Shown piece by piece: positions 32,770-43,961 of a stretch of DNA of 64,000 bases. The position numbers were made by a program, and so were the translations under genes. Source of the stretch: Phyllobates terribilis. Its lineage: Eukaryota. Within the stretch, counting starts at the first letter, position 1, and the number at the start of each line of letters is the position of its first letter. Where the stretch lies: contig NW_027362765.1 in assembly GCF_046119375.1 (NCBI RefSeq), positions 40,362,001-40,426,000 on the forward strand, in the 5' to 3' direction. The notes under the pieces are model-generated. The model was not told where the DNA came from and made no database searches. It saw only the letters and a program-made list of their open reading frames with translations.

Positions 32770-35700
32770 CACTACCGTTCAAAAGTTTGGGGTCGTATAG
32801 AAATTTCATTATTTTTGAAAGAAAAGCACTTTTTTTTTCAATGAAGCTAACATTAAATTAATCAGAAATACACTCTATACATTGTTAATGTGGTAAATGA
32901 CTATTCTAGCTGCAAACGTCTTGTTTTTATTGCAATATCTACATAGGTGTATAGAGGCCCATTTCCAACAACCACCACTCCAGTGTTTTAATGGTACATT
33001 GTGTTTGCTAACTGTGTAAGAAGGCTAATGGATGTTTAGAAAAATCTAGAAAACCCTTGCACAAGTATGTTAGCCCAGCTGAAAACGGTTTGGCTGATTT
33101 GAGGAGCTATAAAATTGACCTTCCTTTCAGCTAGTTGAGAATCTGGAGCATTACATTTGTTTTTTTCTATGAAACTCTCAAAATGGCCAGAGAAAAAGAA
33201 CTTTCATGTGAAACTCGATAGTCTTTTCTTGTTCATAGAAATGAAGGCTATTCCATGCGAGTAGTTGTCAAGAAAATGAAGATTTCCTACAACGGTGTGT
33301 ACTACTCCCTTCAGAGAAGAGCACAAACAGGCTCTAACCAGAGTAGAAATAATCATAATAATTTTTATTTTTATAGCGCCAACATATTCCGCAGCACTTT
33401 ACAAATTTTAGGGGGGACTTATACAAACAAACAATACAGAATAAACATAACTCATATCGAAAGGAGTGAGGGCCCTGCTCGCAAGCTTACAGTCTATGAG
33501 GAAATGGGGGAGACACAAAAGGTAGAATGTACATATATTGTATAATGCAGCCTTGATATACTATATAGGATAAATAATACATGGACTGGTCGCCTGCCAG
33601 TATGTGTGCAGTCCTGACCGAGGCTATTATGTGCATGGTTGGTATGAACCTGAAATTGAAGATTTTAATATGGGGGAAAACTGGGACGGACAACTGGGAT
33701 GGACAGATAGTGTGTGGAGGCGATACGCCAGTCTAAAGAAATGTTTTTTTAGGGTCCGCTAGAAACTGGGTATTGGAAATTAATCGAACTGTCCTGCGTA
33801 ATGCATTCCAAAGAATTGGCTCAGCACGCGAGAAATATTTGAGACTGGAGTGGGAAGTTCGGATTATGGAGGATTTAAGTTTTAAGTCACTGGCAGAACG
33901 GAGGGCACGTGTAGGGTGGTAGACTGAGACAAGGGAGGAGATGTAGGGGGGTACTGAAGCATGGAGCGCTTTGTGGGTAAGCATGATAAGTTTAAATTGA
34001 ACTCTATATTGGATGGGTAACCAATGCACTGACTGGCACAGGGAAGAGGCATCGGTGTAGCGGTTGGTGAGGAATATGATCCTGGCTGCTGCGTTAAGGA
34101 CGGATTGGAGAGGGGAGAGTTTAGTAAGAGGGAGCCCGATAAGTAGAGAGTTGCAGTAGTCCAGACGAGAATGAATAAGAGCAACAGTAAGAGTTTTTGC
34201 CGAGTCAAAGGTGAGAAAAGTCCTGATTCATGAGATGTTTTTGAGGTGTAGATGACATGAACGAGCAAGTGATTTGATGTGAGGAGTGAAGGAAAGATCT
34301 GAATCAAAAATGACCCCAAGACAGCGGGCTTGTTGCTGGGGAGTAATGGTTGAGCCACAAACAGAAATGGCAATGTCGGGCACAGGTAGGTTAGTGGAGG
34401 GAGGAAATACGAGTAGTTCAGTTTTTGACAGATTCAGTTTTAGACAGAGGGAGAACATAATGTTAGACACAGCAGAAAGACAATCACTGGTCTTTTGTAG
34501 TAATGCAGGGGTGATGTCCGGAGCAGAGGTGTATAATTTGGTGTCATCAGCATAGAGATGGTACTGAAAACCAAATCTGCTGATTGTTTGTCCAATGGGA
34601 GCGGTGTATAAGGAGAAAAGCAGGGGGCCTAGGACTGAACCTTGAGGAACCTCTACAGTAAGGGGAAGGAGAGAGGAGGAGGAGCCGGCGAAAGACACAG
34701 AGAAGGAGCGGTCAGAGAGATAGGAGGAGAACCAGGAGAGAACAGTGTCCTTGAGGCCAATAGTGCGGAGCATAGTGAGGAGGAGCTGGTGATCCACAGT
34801 GTCAAATGCAGCAGAGAGATCCAGGAGAATCAGCAGGGAATAGAAAGAGAAGTGGGAGGCCCCGCTGCACAACTGCGCAACAAGACAAGTACATTAGAGT
34901 CTCTAGTTTGAGAAATCAACGCCTCACAGATCCTCAACTGACAGCTTCATTAAATAGTACATCTAAAACGCCAGTGTCAACGTCTACAGTGAAGAGGCGA
35001 CTCCGGGATGCTGGCCTTCAGGGCAAAGTGGCAAAGAAAAAGCCATATCTGAGACTGGCTAATAAAAGGAAAAGTTTAATATGGGCAAAAGACATTGGAC
35101 AGAGGAAGATTGGAAAAAAGTTTTATGGACGAATCAAAGTTTGAGGTGTTTGGATCACACAGAAGAACATTTGTGAGATGCAGAACAACTGAAAAGATGC
35201 TGGAAGAGTGCCTGACGCCATCTGTCAAGCATAGTGGAGGTAATGTGATGGTCTGGGGTTGCTTTGGTGCTGGTAAAGTGGGAGATTTGTACAAGGTAAA
35301 TGGGATTTTGAATAAGGAAGGCTATCACTCCATTTTGCAACGCCATGCCATACCCTGTGGACAGCGCTTGATTGGAGCCAATTTCAACCTACAACAGGAC
35401 AATGACCCAAAGCACACCTCCAAATTATGCATGAACTATTTAGGGAAGAAGCAGGCAGCTGGTATTCTATCTGTAATGGAGTGATCAGCGCAGTCACCAG
35501 ATCTCAACCCCATTGAGCTGTTGTGGGAGCAGCTTGACTGTATGGTACGCAAAAAGTGCCCATCAAGCCAATCCAACTTGTGAGAGGGGCTTCAGGAAGC
35601 ATGGGGGGCAAATTTCTCAAGATTACTTCAGCAAATTAACAGCTAGAATGCCAAAGGTCTGCAATGCAATTGCTGCAAAGTGAGCATTCTTTGACGAAAG

Positions 35701-35870
35701 CAAAGTTTGAAGGAGATTATTCTTTATAATAAAAATCAATATTTCTAACCTTTGTCAATGTCTGGACTATATTTTCTATTCATTTTGCCACTCATTTGAT
35801 AAATAAAAGTATGAGTTTTCATGGAAAACACAAAATTGTCTGGGTGACCCCAAACTTTTGAATGGTAGTG
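32770..35870 (+). mobile_element. Tc1/mariner element, decayed, interrupted by an L2
   Basis: TA-flanked TIRs CACTACCRTTCAAAAGTTTGGGGTC. Transposase fragments include DESKF, VMVWGCF and QQDNDPKH. Confidence 0.93.
33350..34840 (-). mobile_element. L2 LINE (second subfamily), 5'-truncated
   Basis: RT ORFs 34228-34872 and 33733-34029(-). 3' tail at about 33350-33400. TAGAAA is duplicated at both junctions (33344-33349 / 34841-34846). Confidence 0.92.
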
Positions 35871-35999
35871 TATGTATAGAAAAACAGCTGACATGATTAA
35901 CTGAAACAATGCCCGGTATTTATATGGTTAATCCAATATAATTAACACAACCAGGTGCAATTGTGAAGACTATATAACTTTCATATACTCTAAGCTATG

Positions 36000-37200
36000 T
36001 TCATACCTGAAGAAGGCTATGTGTTTTTTATTTTTATAGCCTTAACGCGTTGTTTTATTGTTTTAATATATACTATATTGAGAAAACAGAGTGAAATAAA
36101 CCTTTTGAAGACCAAGAGTTAATTTTCCAATCCTTGCAAGTCTGGGAGCGCTAGTCCTATCGGGTACTTTTTTCGTAATGTCTAATAAATTAATCAATGT
36201 GTTACTGGTGGTTGAAGTAAAATGTAAATTAAAATCATTTTTATTTATATAATTAAAAAATTGATTTAATGAATCTTGACCTCCAGACCAAATAAAATAA
36301 ATATCATTGATAAAACATTTGCAGAGGACCTGATTCGCACCAAGCCTCCCGCGTGGCAAAATGGTGAGATCCTCCCATCTGGCCACGTAGAGATTAGCAA
36401 AGCTTTACATCCTTTTTTCATCATTTATCACCGTATATAGTGACCAATGTTCCCATTATGTAATGTGGTTTCCATTAGACATCTTTCATTATTTGTAAAA
36501 TGTGTTTTGTGTCCTTTAAGTAGGTTGGTAACATAGTTACATATCTCTGTAGGATGTGATCTAAATATTCAGAAAGTTTGACTGTTAAGCAGTTGATTCC
36601 CGATATGATCGGTCTGCCAGGTGGATTATGTTCATTTTAATGGATTTTCGGTACTTGGTAGAACATAGCCACGCATGAGTTCTGATAATTTATATATTTG
36701 TATTCATAGAGGGACAAAATGTTCATAATTTTACCTTCATCATTCAAGATTTTCAGTTCTTTCTTAAATTTGACAGTTGGATCCGAGAACAGTTTTTTAA
36801 CTTCTAGCAGCCGCATAGATTCTGTGTGACATGTTTGTTGATCTAAAATGATGATTCCCCCCCTCCTTTGTTGCCTGGCCGTATCACTTATTACGTATCA
36901 TTTTATTGCTTTCTTGGATTTTTTTAATATGAATCTGTTCTATTCTAGTAACATTATTGTATCGTCTTTTAATTTTACAGTTATCATTAATTACTATGAT
37001 TTGAAAAGTATTGAAGGCTTTAGCGTATTCCTTTATGGGGTTAAATGTAGATTTGCTTTTCAAATTTGTATGTATGAAATGCGTTCCGTTTTCTTCACTT
37101 GTCGAACTTGGTATGGTTTTTGTATTATGTACTACATTGATGTGAGAATTACGATCTTTTTTAATGTAATATTTCTTTAAAGGTAAATTGCGCAAGCAGG
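36000..37200 (-). mobile_element. Decayed Penelope-like element fragments
   Basis: KSTFNP, IRPGNKGGGIIILD and FINDIYFIWSG..LNQFFNYIN..LHFT..LLDI RT motifs. Degenerate hammerhead core at 36007-36052(+). Confidence 0.75.
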
Positions 37201-37404
37201 TCTAAGTATCAGCGTAGCCGGCTAGAACGCTGCTGACTCTGCACCATCCAGCACAGTACGAATCCAGCACATAGCATAGCTTCATCATCTCCCTAAAGAG
37301 TATTCATGTGCCCTACATGATTCTACCCAGCCACACAGACATCTGTTAATTTATTTACCGGTGTCATTTAGTGTATTTAGCACATATCTACAGTGAATAT
37401 ATTA

Positions 37405-38030
37405 TTAGTTATTTTTAGAGCACCATCAATTAATGGTGCTGTACATGCGAAGCGGTTACATACAAAATACAAATATAAAACATGGTGAACAAACTAAGAA
37501 TGGCAAACTGGTATAGAAAGGAGAGGGCCCTTGTGGGCTTACAGTCTATGGCAAAGGAGACAGTAGGGTAGGGGGTTATGGCAGCTATGGTGATGGTGGT
37601 GAGGTGGCAGCAGGGTCATTGAAAGCTGTAAGCCTTCCTGAAGAGGTGGGTTTCCAAGTTACATATGAAGGTTCCGATTGTGGCAAGTAGTTGAATGTGT
37701 TGAGACACAGAATTCCAAAGGATGGGGGATACCTGGGAGACGTCTTGGAGGCGAATGGGTGAGAAACATGAGTGTGGAAGAGAGAAAGAGGTCTTGGAAG
37801 GACCGGAGGTTGCGTGTTGGAAGAGATGAAGAGATTAGTTCGGAGGAGACTGGATATGGACAGCTTTGTAGGTCAGTGTTAGAAGTTTGAATTGGATACA
37901 TTGGGGAATTTGGAGCCAATGAAGGAAGTTGCAGAGGGGAGAAGAAGAGGAGTAGTGTGGAGAGAGGTGGATTAGTTGGGCAGCAGAGTTATTGACAGAC
38001 TGGAGAAGTGCCACTGGGGAGGATATTGCA
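37405..38030 (-). mobile_element. Old L2 3' fragment
   Basis: Degenerate 3' stem-loop AGCACCAT/ATGGTGCT near 37420; upstream sequence resembles the other L2 copies. Confidence 0.7.
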
Positions 38031-39625
38031 GTAGTTGAGTTGGGAGATCCACCATTTCACCACTTCACTTACAGAAGATCAACTTTCCTCTTTTCTCTCC
38101 AAATCACACCTCACCACCTGTGAACTTGACCCAATCCATTCCCAGCTCATCCCAAACTTTACCACTATCTTCATTCCAACCCTAGCCCACCTTTTCAACC
38201 TGTCACTAACAACTGGTGTCTTCCCCTCATGCTTCAAACATGCCTAGATCACACCCATCCTCAAAAAGCCCTCCCTTGACCCATCCTCGCTGACTAGCTA
38301 TTGCCCCATCCTCGCTGACTAGCTATTGCCCCATATCACTTCTCCGCTATGCCTCAAAACTTCAAAACTACTGGAACAACACGTTCATTCTGAACTGTCT
38401 TCCCACCTTTCCTCCTGCTCCCTCTTCGGCCACCTACAATCTGGTTTCCGATTGCACCATTCTACTGAAACTGCACTGACTAAAGTCACCAACGACCTAC
38501 TAACCGCCAAATCCCAGCGACACTAATCTGTCCTCCTCCTCCTGGACCTGTCATCTGCCTTCGACACAATGGACCATTCCCTCTTACTCCAGACTCTCTC
38601 ATCTCTCGGCATCACAGACTTGGCCCTATCCTGGATCGCTTCATACCTAACAGACCGGACATTCAGTGTCTCCCACTCACACACCACCTTCTCATCTCAT
38701 CCCCTATCTGTCGGTGTTCCCCAAGATTCAGTTCCAGGACCCCTACTCTTCTCCATCTACACCTTTGGCCTGGGACAGCTCATAGAGTCTCATGGCTTCC
38801 AGTATCACCTCTATGCCAACGACTCACAGATCTACCTCTCTGGACCCGATATCTCCTCCCTACTAACCAAAATCCCACAATGTCTGACTGCTATTTCATC
38901 CTTCTTCTCTGCTAGATTTCAAAAACTTAACATGGACAAAACAGAATTCATCATCTTTCCGCCATCTCATTCACCCCCCCAACTAACCTATCCATCAACG
39001 TCAATGGCTGTCCACTCTCCCCAGTCCCTCAAGCTCGCTGCCTTGGGGTAACCCTGGACTCTGAACTCTCCTTTAAACCACATATCCACGCCCTTTCCAC
39101 TTCCTGCTGAGTCCAACTTAAAAATATCTCCCGGATCCACACATTCCTCAACCTTGAATCTGCAAAAACACTAGTGCACGCCCTCATTATCTCCCGCCTC
39201 GACTACTACAACCTCCTGCTCTGTGGCCTCCCTTCCAACACTCTCGCACCCCTCCAATCTATTCTTAACTCTGCTGCCCAACTAATCCACCTGTCCCCCC
39301 GCTATTCCCGGCCTCTCCTCTCTGTCAATCTCTTCACTGGCTCCCCATTGCTCAGAGACTCCAGTTCAAAACCCTAACCATGGCATACAAAGCCATTCAC
39401 AACCTGTCTCCTCCATATATCTCTGACCTAGTCTCCCGGTACATACCCACACGCAACCTCCGATCTTCACGAGATCTCCTTCTCTACTCACCTCTTATCC
39501 CCTCAACCTACAATCGCATACAAGATTTCTCCCGTGCATCTCCCATACTCTGGAACTCTCTACCCCAACTTATTTAGATTTGAGAGTCCTCAGTGGTTGA
39601 TACCTTTTAATGGCTAACTGAAAAA

Positions 39626-39676
39626 ATGGTAACAAATTGCAAGCTTTCGAAACTACTCAGGTCTCTTCATCAGGCA
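39626..39676 (-). ncRNA. Hammerhead ribozyme motif, second (inverted) copy
   Basis: Reverse complement of the 40823-40879 core; stem II is GAGAC/GUUUC with one G-U wobble. Confidence 0.65.
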
Positions 39677-40822
39677 TAGTATACCACAAAATCTGAAGAG
39701 TCACATATTTATACACAATAAGACACACAAAAAATGCAATAGGTAAGACAGGTGATGAAAAGCAGAGTTATTATGGAAGAGATAAACAGTTCTGGCTATA
39801 AATATTATAGCAGTTAATAGATAAGGAGTGTGAAGGTTTTATTGTCCTGTGACTAGGTCCAGTGTTGTGATGGCCTCACAAGTCTGAGAAGCACATTCCT
39901 TAGTTGATGTAGAATGACATAAATCCATGCGACACATTCATTCCTGCTCTGAAAGTATTAAAGGTCACCATCAGTTTATATTCTGAGATTCTTCTTTCTC
40001 TTTGAGTTTTAATACCAGTAATTTCATATATTTTATGCTGTGATCAGGGGAACAAAAATGCTTGGCTACAGGTAGATCTATTCTTTTTTCTTTTATTGTG
40101 TGGCGATGATTCATCCTTGTTCTAAGTTCTTGCCCTGTCTCCCCTACATAAAGACCCCCAGTTGGACATTTGGTACATATAATTAAGTATACTACATTAG
40201 ATGTGATACAGCTGAACGTACCTGGGTTCTTATAGTCCAGATGTGAATTGGGAATCTTTATCTTGTCTGTAGTCATTATAAACGGACAGGTTTTACATTT
40301 TTTCTGGTTGCAAGGAAAGGTACCTGTAGCTGGTGGAGAGGACAGGGAGCTTCTGACAATGATGCTTCTTAGATTTGGGGGCTGCCTGAAACACAGAAGT
40401 GGGGGGTCTGGAAATATGGATTGTAATCGGGCATCTTTTTGTAGTAAGGGTTTTAGTTTCCGTGCAGCTCTTCTTAGCGCCTCCAGATTTGGATTGTAGG
40501 TGACTACTAGAGGCACCCGGTTGTTTTCTTGTTTGGTTTTGTAATGTAGGAGATGATTCCTTGATATTCTGGTGGCTCTTGTAATCTGGTTCTCAATTGT
40601 TCTTGGATGGTAGCCCTGTTTCAAAAATGTCTTTCTGAGGCCATCAAGGTGTTTGTCTCTATTCATCTGGTTGGAACATATCCGATTGTATCTGATGGCT
40701 TGGCTGTAAACAATAGAGTTTTTTATGTCTTTTGGATGGAAACTGTCCCGTTTAAGGTATGTAGGACGGTCGATTGGTTTCCGGTACAAGGATGTCTCTA
40801 TTTCATTGTTCTGTAGCTTTAT

Positions 40823-40879
40823 GATGGTGCCTGATGAAGAGACCTGAGTAGTCTCGAAAGCTTGCAATTTGTTACCATC
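40823..40879 (+). ncRNA. Minimal hammerhead ribozyme motif (PLE-type)
   Basis: CUGAUGA (40831-37), stem II GAGAC/GUCUC, GAAA (40856-59), palindromic AAGCUU stem III, and a bulged stem I pairing GAUGGUGC with GCA...CCAUC. Confidence 0.75.
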
Positions 40880-41280
40880 TTTTCAGTTAGCCATTAAAAG
40901 GTATCAACCACTGAGGACTCTCAAATCTAAATATTTTTCTATCTACTGGCTAACACGGTACAAGAATATATATTTTCCCTATACCCCAATTTATCTGACT
41001 CTCGCCGACCGTGGGAACCTTCAAAAGGAACCTGAAGACCCACCTCTTCCGACAAGCCTACAACCTGCATTAACCATCGCTCCACGACCAGCCCTACCCT
41101 CACCTACTGTATCCTCACCCATCCCTTGTAGACTGTGAGCCCTCGCAGGCAGGGTCCTCTTTCCTCCTTTACCAGTCGCCATTTTGTTTTGTTCAAGATT
41201 ATTGTAATTGTTTTCACTATGTATACCGCTTTATCACATGTAAAGCGCCATGGAATAAATGGTGCTATAATAATAATAAT

Positions 41281-42240
41281 GAGGGCATGTACTAACATTT
41301 TAGTAAATTCAGGGTTGAGAAAACGACAGATTCTGGAAATACTTATGAGTTGGAGGCTGCAGGATGTAGCAAGAGCTTGGATGTGTGGTTTGAAGGACAA
41401 GACAGAGTCGAGGGCAATTCTGAGGCAGTGGACTTCATGTACTGCGGAAAGGGTGGTGTTGCTAATTGTGAAGGATATTTAGATCAGGTAGGGGGTTAGG
41501 TGTGATTGAGGATGGATGATGAGTTCCGTTTTGTCCACGTTGAGTTTCAGAAAGTGAGAGAAGGAGGATATGGCTGATAGACACTCTGGGATTCTGGACA
41601 GCAGAGAGGAGACATCTGGGTCACAGAGGTAAATCTGAGTGTCATCAGCGTAAAGGTGGTAATTGAAGCCATAGGACTTTATGAGCTGTCCTAGGTCAAA
41701 GGTATAGATTGAAAAAGTAGGGGTCCCAGAACAGAGCCTCAAGGGACACCAACAAAAGAAGGTGGTGTGAGGAGGTAGTGTTGGAATAGGGGACACTAAA
41801 TGTGCAGGGTTAGAAAGGTATAAAGGAAATCCAGTAGTGGGCAAGATCCTTGACGTCAAAGGAAGAGAGGATTTGTAATAGGAAGAGAGGTCCACTGTGT
41901 CAAAAGGCAGGGGACAGTTCTAGAAGGAGTATAGAAAAAAATTTGTTAGCTTTGGCGGTATGTAAGTCGTTATTAATTTTGGTCAGGACAATTTTGGTGG
42001 AGTGGTTGGGACAGAATTTGGACTGTAGGTTGTCAAAGAGTGAGTTAGATTCGAGGTGGGAGGAAAGTTTGGCATGGACATGCTGGTCAAGGAGTTTTGA
42101 GGTGAACAGGAGAAGTGATATGAGATGATAGATGAATGTAGAGGTCAGGTCGAGGGATGAGAAAGTTCTCCTTCAGTGATGATGGGGAGGAAGGTTATGG
42201 AGGAGGGGAAATGGTCTGTTATATGTAGAGGTTGTGGTGA
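41281..42240 (-). mobile_element. L2 RT fragment, abutting the tail of the plus-strand L2
   Basis: [38 protein letters not shown]. Confidence 0.85.
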
Positions 42241-43089
42241 TTATACAGTTAAGACTTGTCTTATTTTGTCAATCTTATTTTTGAAATATGCAGCAGTCTT
42301 CTGCAGAGATACACTATACAAAGTGATGACCTGTTTTGGAGCTTTGTTAGATGCCTGTAGGGAACTAAACCCTAATAAGCATTAATATTCCTGTTGCTCT
42401 TTTCTTGGATAAATGTAGTACTAGGTAATGAACTAATCATTAGATATGAGTGAATGTTTCAATATTCGATCTGGATTACGATCGCCGAATTTGCAATATT
42501 CGCCGATTTGTTCGTCGAATGTTTGTCGAACGTTACCGAACGCCATAGGATTCAATGGGGGGCAAAAAAAACACATACACAACACCTTCAAATGGGCCCA
42601 AAAGCTGCCAAAACACATCAAATTAGGTGTAGACACTATAATTATTATTACTATTACAGTGACATTTATTCCATGGCGCGTTACATATCAAAAGGGGTCA
42701 CCGACTGGTACAAGAAGAGAGAGGACCCTGCCTGTCAGGTTTCCACAGTAGGCGACAGTTTGATCTGTTGGGGTACAGCGTTATCACAGTAGGGAAGATG
42801 CACGGGACAAATCTGTCGAGAGCATAAATCACGTTAAGCTTCCAGGAGCTCACAACTGAGCAGATTAACCCCTGCACCGATTAATATGAAGGCGAAAGGC
42901 TTCTTTCTAATGACTGCAGGAGTGAGAGGAATCAGACGCTGTGGTCTTCTGGCTCTTCTCTGTCACGGTAAACCCGTGACACCTTGCAAGCTTCAACACA
43001 ATGGTCACAAGGTAGACTGCAGTGGTGGTCAGTCTCATAGACAACGAGCTAACTCCTTTATGATGGTAGAGGACAACATCTGAAAGTAG

Positions 43090-43145
43090 TTTGTATGTTC
43101 TCCCCGTGTTTGCGGGGATTTCCCCCAGGTTCTCCGGTTACCTCT
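43090..43145 (+). mobile_element. SINE core fragment (V-SINE/Mermaid-like)
   Basis: TTTGTATGTTCTCCCCGTGTTTGCG.G..TTTCC..C.GGTT recognised from memory of vertebrate SINE cores. Confidence 0.4.
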
Positions 43146-43199
43146 TCAGTAAAAAATAAACCATACAGTGTTCACATTTCATAAAATTAGGGCTTGACA

Positions 43200-43800
43200 C
43201 CACCATTTCCATGGCCAACAGTTTGGAGATGGAGGAGTTCCACCTCTTAGCTTTGTCATGTGTGGGAGGAAACAATCTTTTACGTGACCACAACTGTGGG
43301 ACCAAGAGCTGGCTGCAGTGCTGAGAGAGGGCAGAGTATGGTGAAATGGACAAACTGCTGGACCATGAGTGAGGTGCAGGCGGAGATGTTACGGTGGATT
43401 GAGAAACATGCAGTTTGCTCGGTGAAACAAACACAGCAGGCATGTCCGCTTCCGTTACAGCGGACGGCCTCTCTCAGCCTGATGAGAGCGGGTAGAGAAC
43501 CAGAAGTTTTGTGGTGGGAGACCTGGAGACCTGTGTGCCAATACTTGGCACAGTAAAAGAGGAGGAGGAAGAAGCAGCGGTTGGGGTTGATAGGGCAGCT
43601 AATGGTTGTTGAGGGCCGCTGGTCCACATTTTATTGCAGTGAGATTGCCAGAGTAACACATGTTGATTGCGCAAGTGAAAGTACATGCTTGTAGTAGTTA
43701 AATTATTGCACTTTTCCCCTCTACTGAGTTTTTATCGCGAAGTTTACAGATAACTGTGAGGACCTGGCCACTTACTAAATACTTTTTCAGCACTGAGCAC
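43200..43800 (-). pseudogene. hAT BED-transposase N-terminal fragment (different family)
   Basis: LSRGEKCNNLTTTSMYFHLRNQH (BED end) and LWSRKRLFPPTHDKAKRWNSSISKLLAMEM. Confidence 0.75.
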
Positions 43801-43961
43801 CCATTTTCGTCAATCTTATTTTTGTATTTTGTTAGAAATTTGCTTGCTGTGTTTTGATAGTGATTTGTTTGCTCATTAGTTCAACCTCAGGTATCAATTC
43901 CATTCAGTGACCTTATCTCAGGGGACTTGGGCCATTGTTCTTTCAGCCAATGGACCCCTTA

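Larger units (their letters stand above)
39574..40981 (-). mobile_element. Penelope-like element, 5'-truncated, with an inverted pLTR
   Basis: RT thumb (YRKP..YL..SFHP..IVYSQAIRYNRICS) and GIY-YIG (VVYLIICTKC..YVGET). About 100-bp inverted repeats at 39573-39676 / 40828-40931. 13-bp TSD TACCCCAAYTTAT. Confidence 0.92.
38040..41280 (+). mobile_element. L2 LINE, interrupted by a Penelope element
   Basis: RT ORFs 38326-39577. It resumes at 40982 and ends in AAGCGCCATGGAATAAATGGTGCT followed by (AAT)n at about 41245-41280. Confidence 0.92.

Noticed and set aside
40820-40867. N-terminus MQAFETTQVSSSGT of ORF 39971-40867
   Set aside because: It is the antisense of the inverted pLTR/hammerhead fused to a truncated ORF, not a real start.
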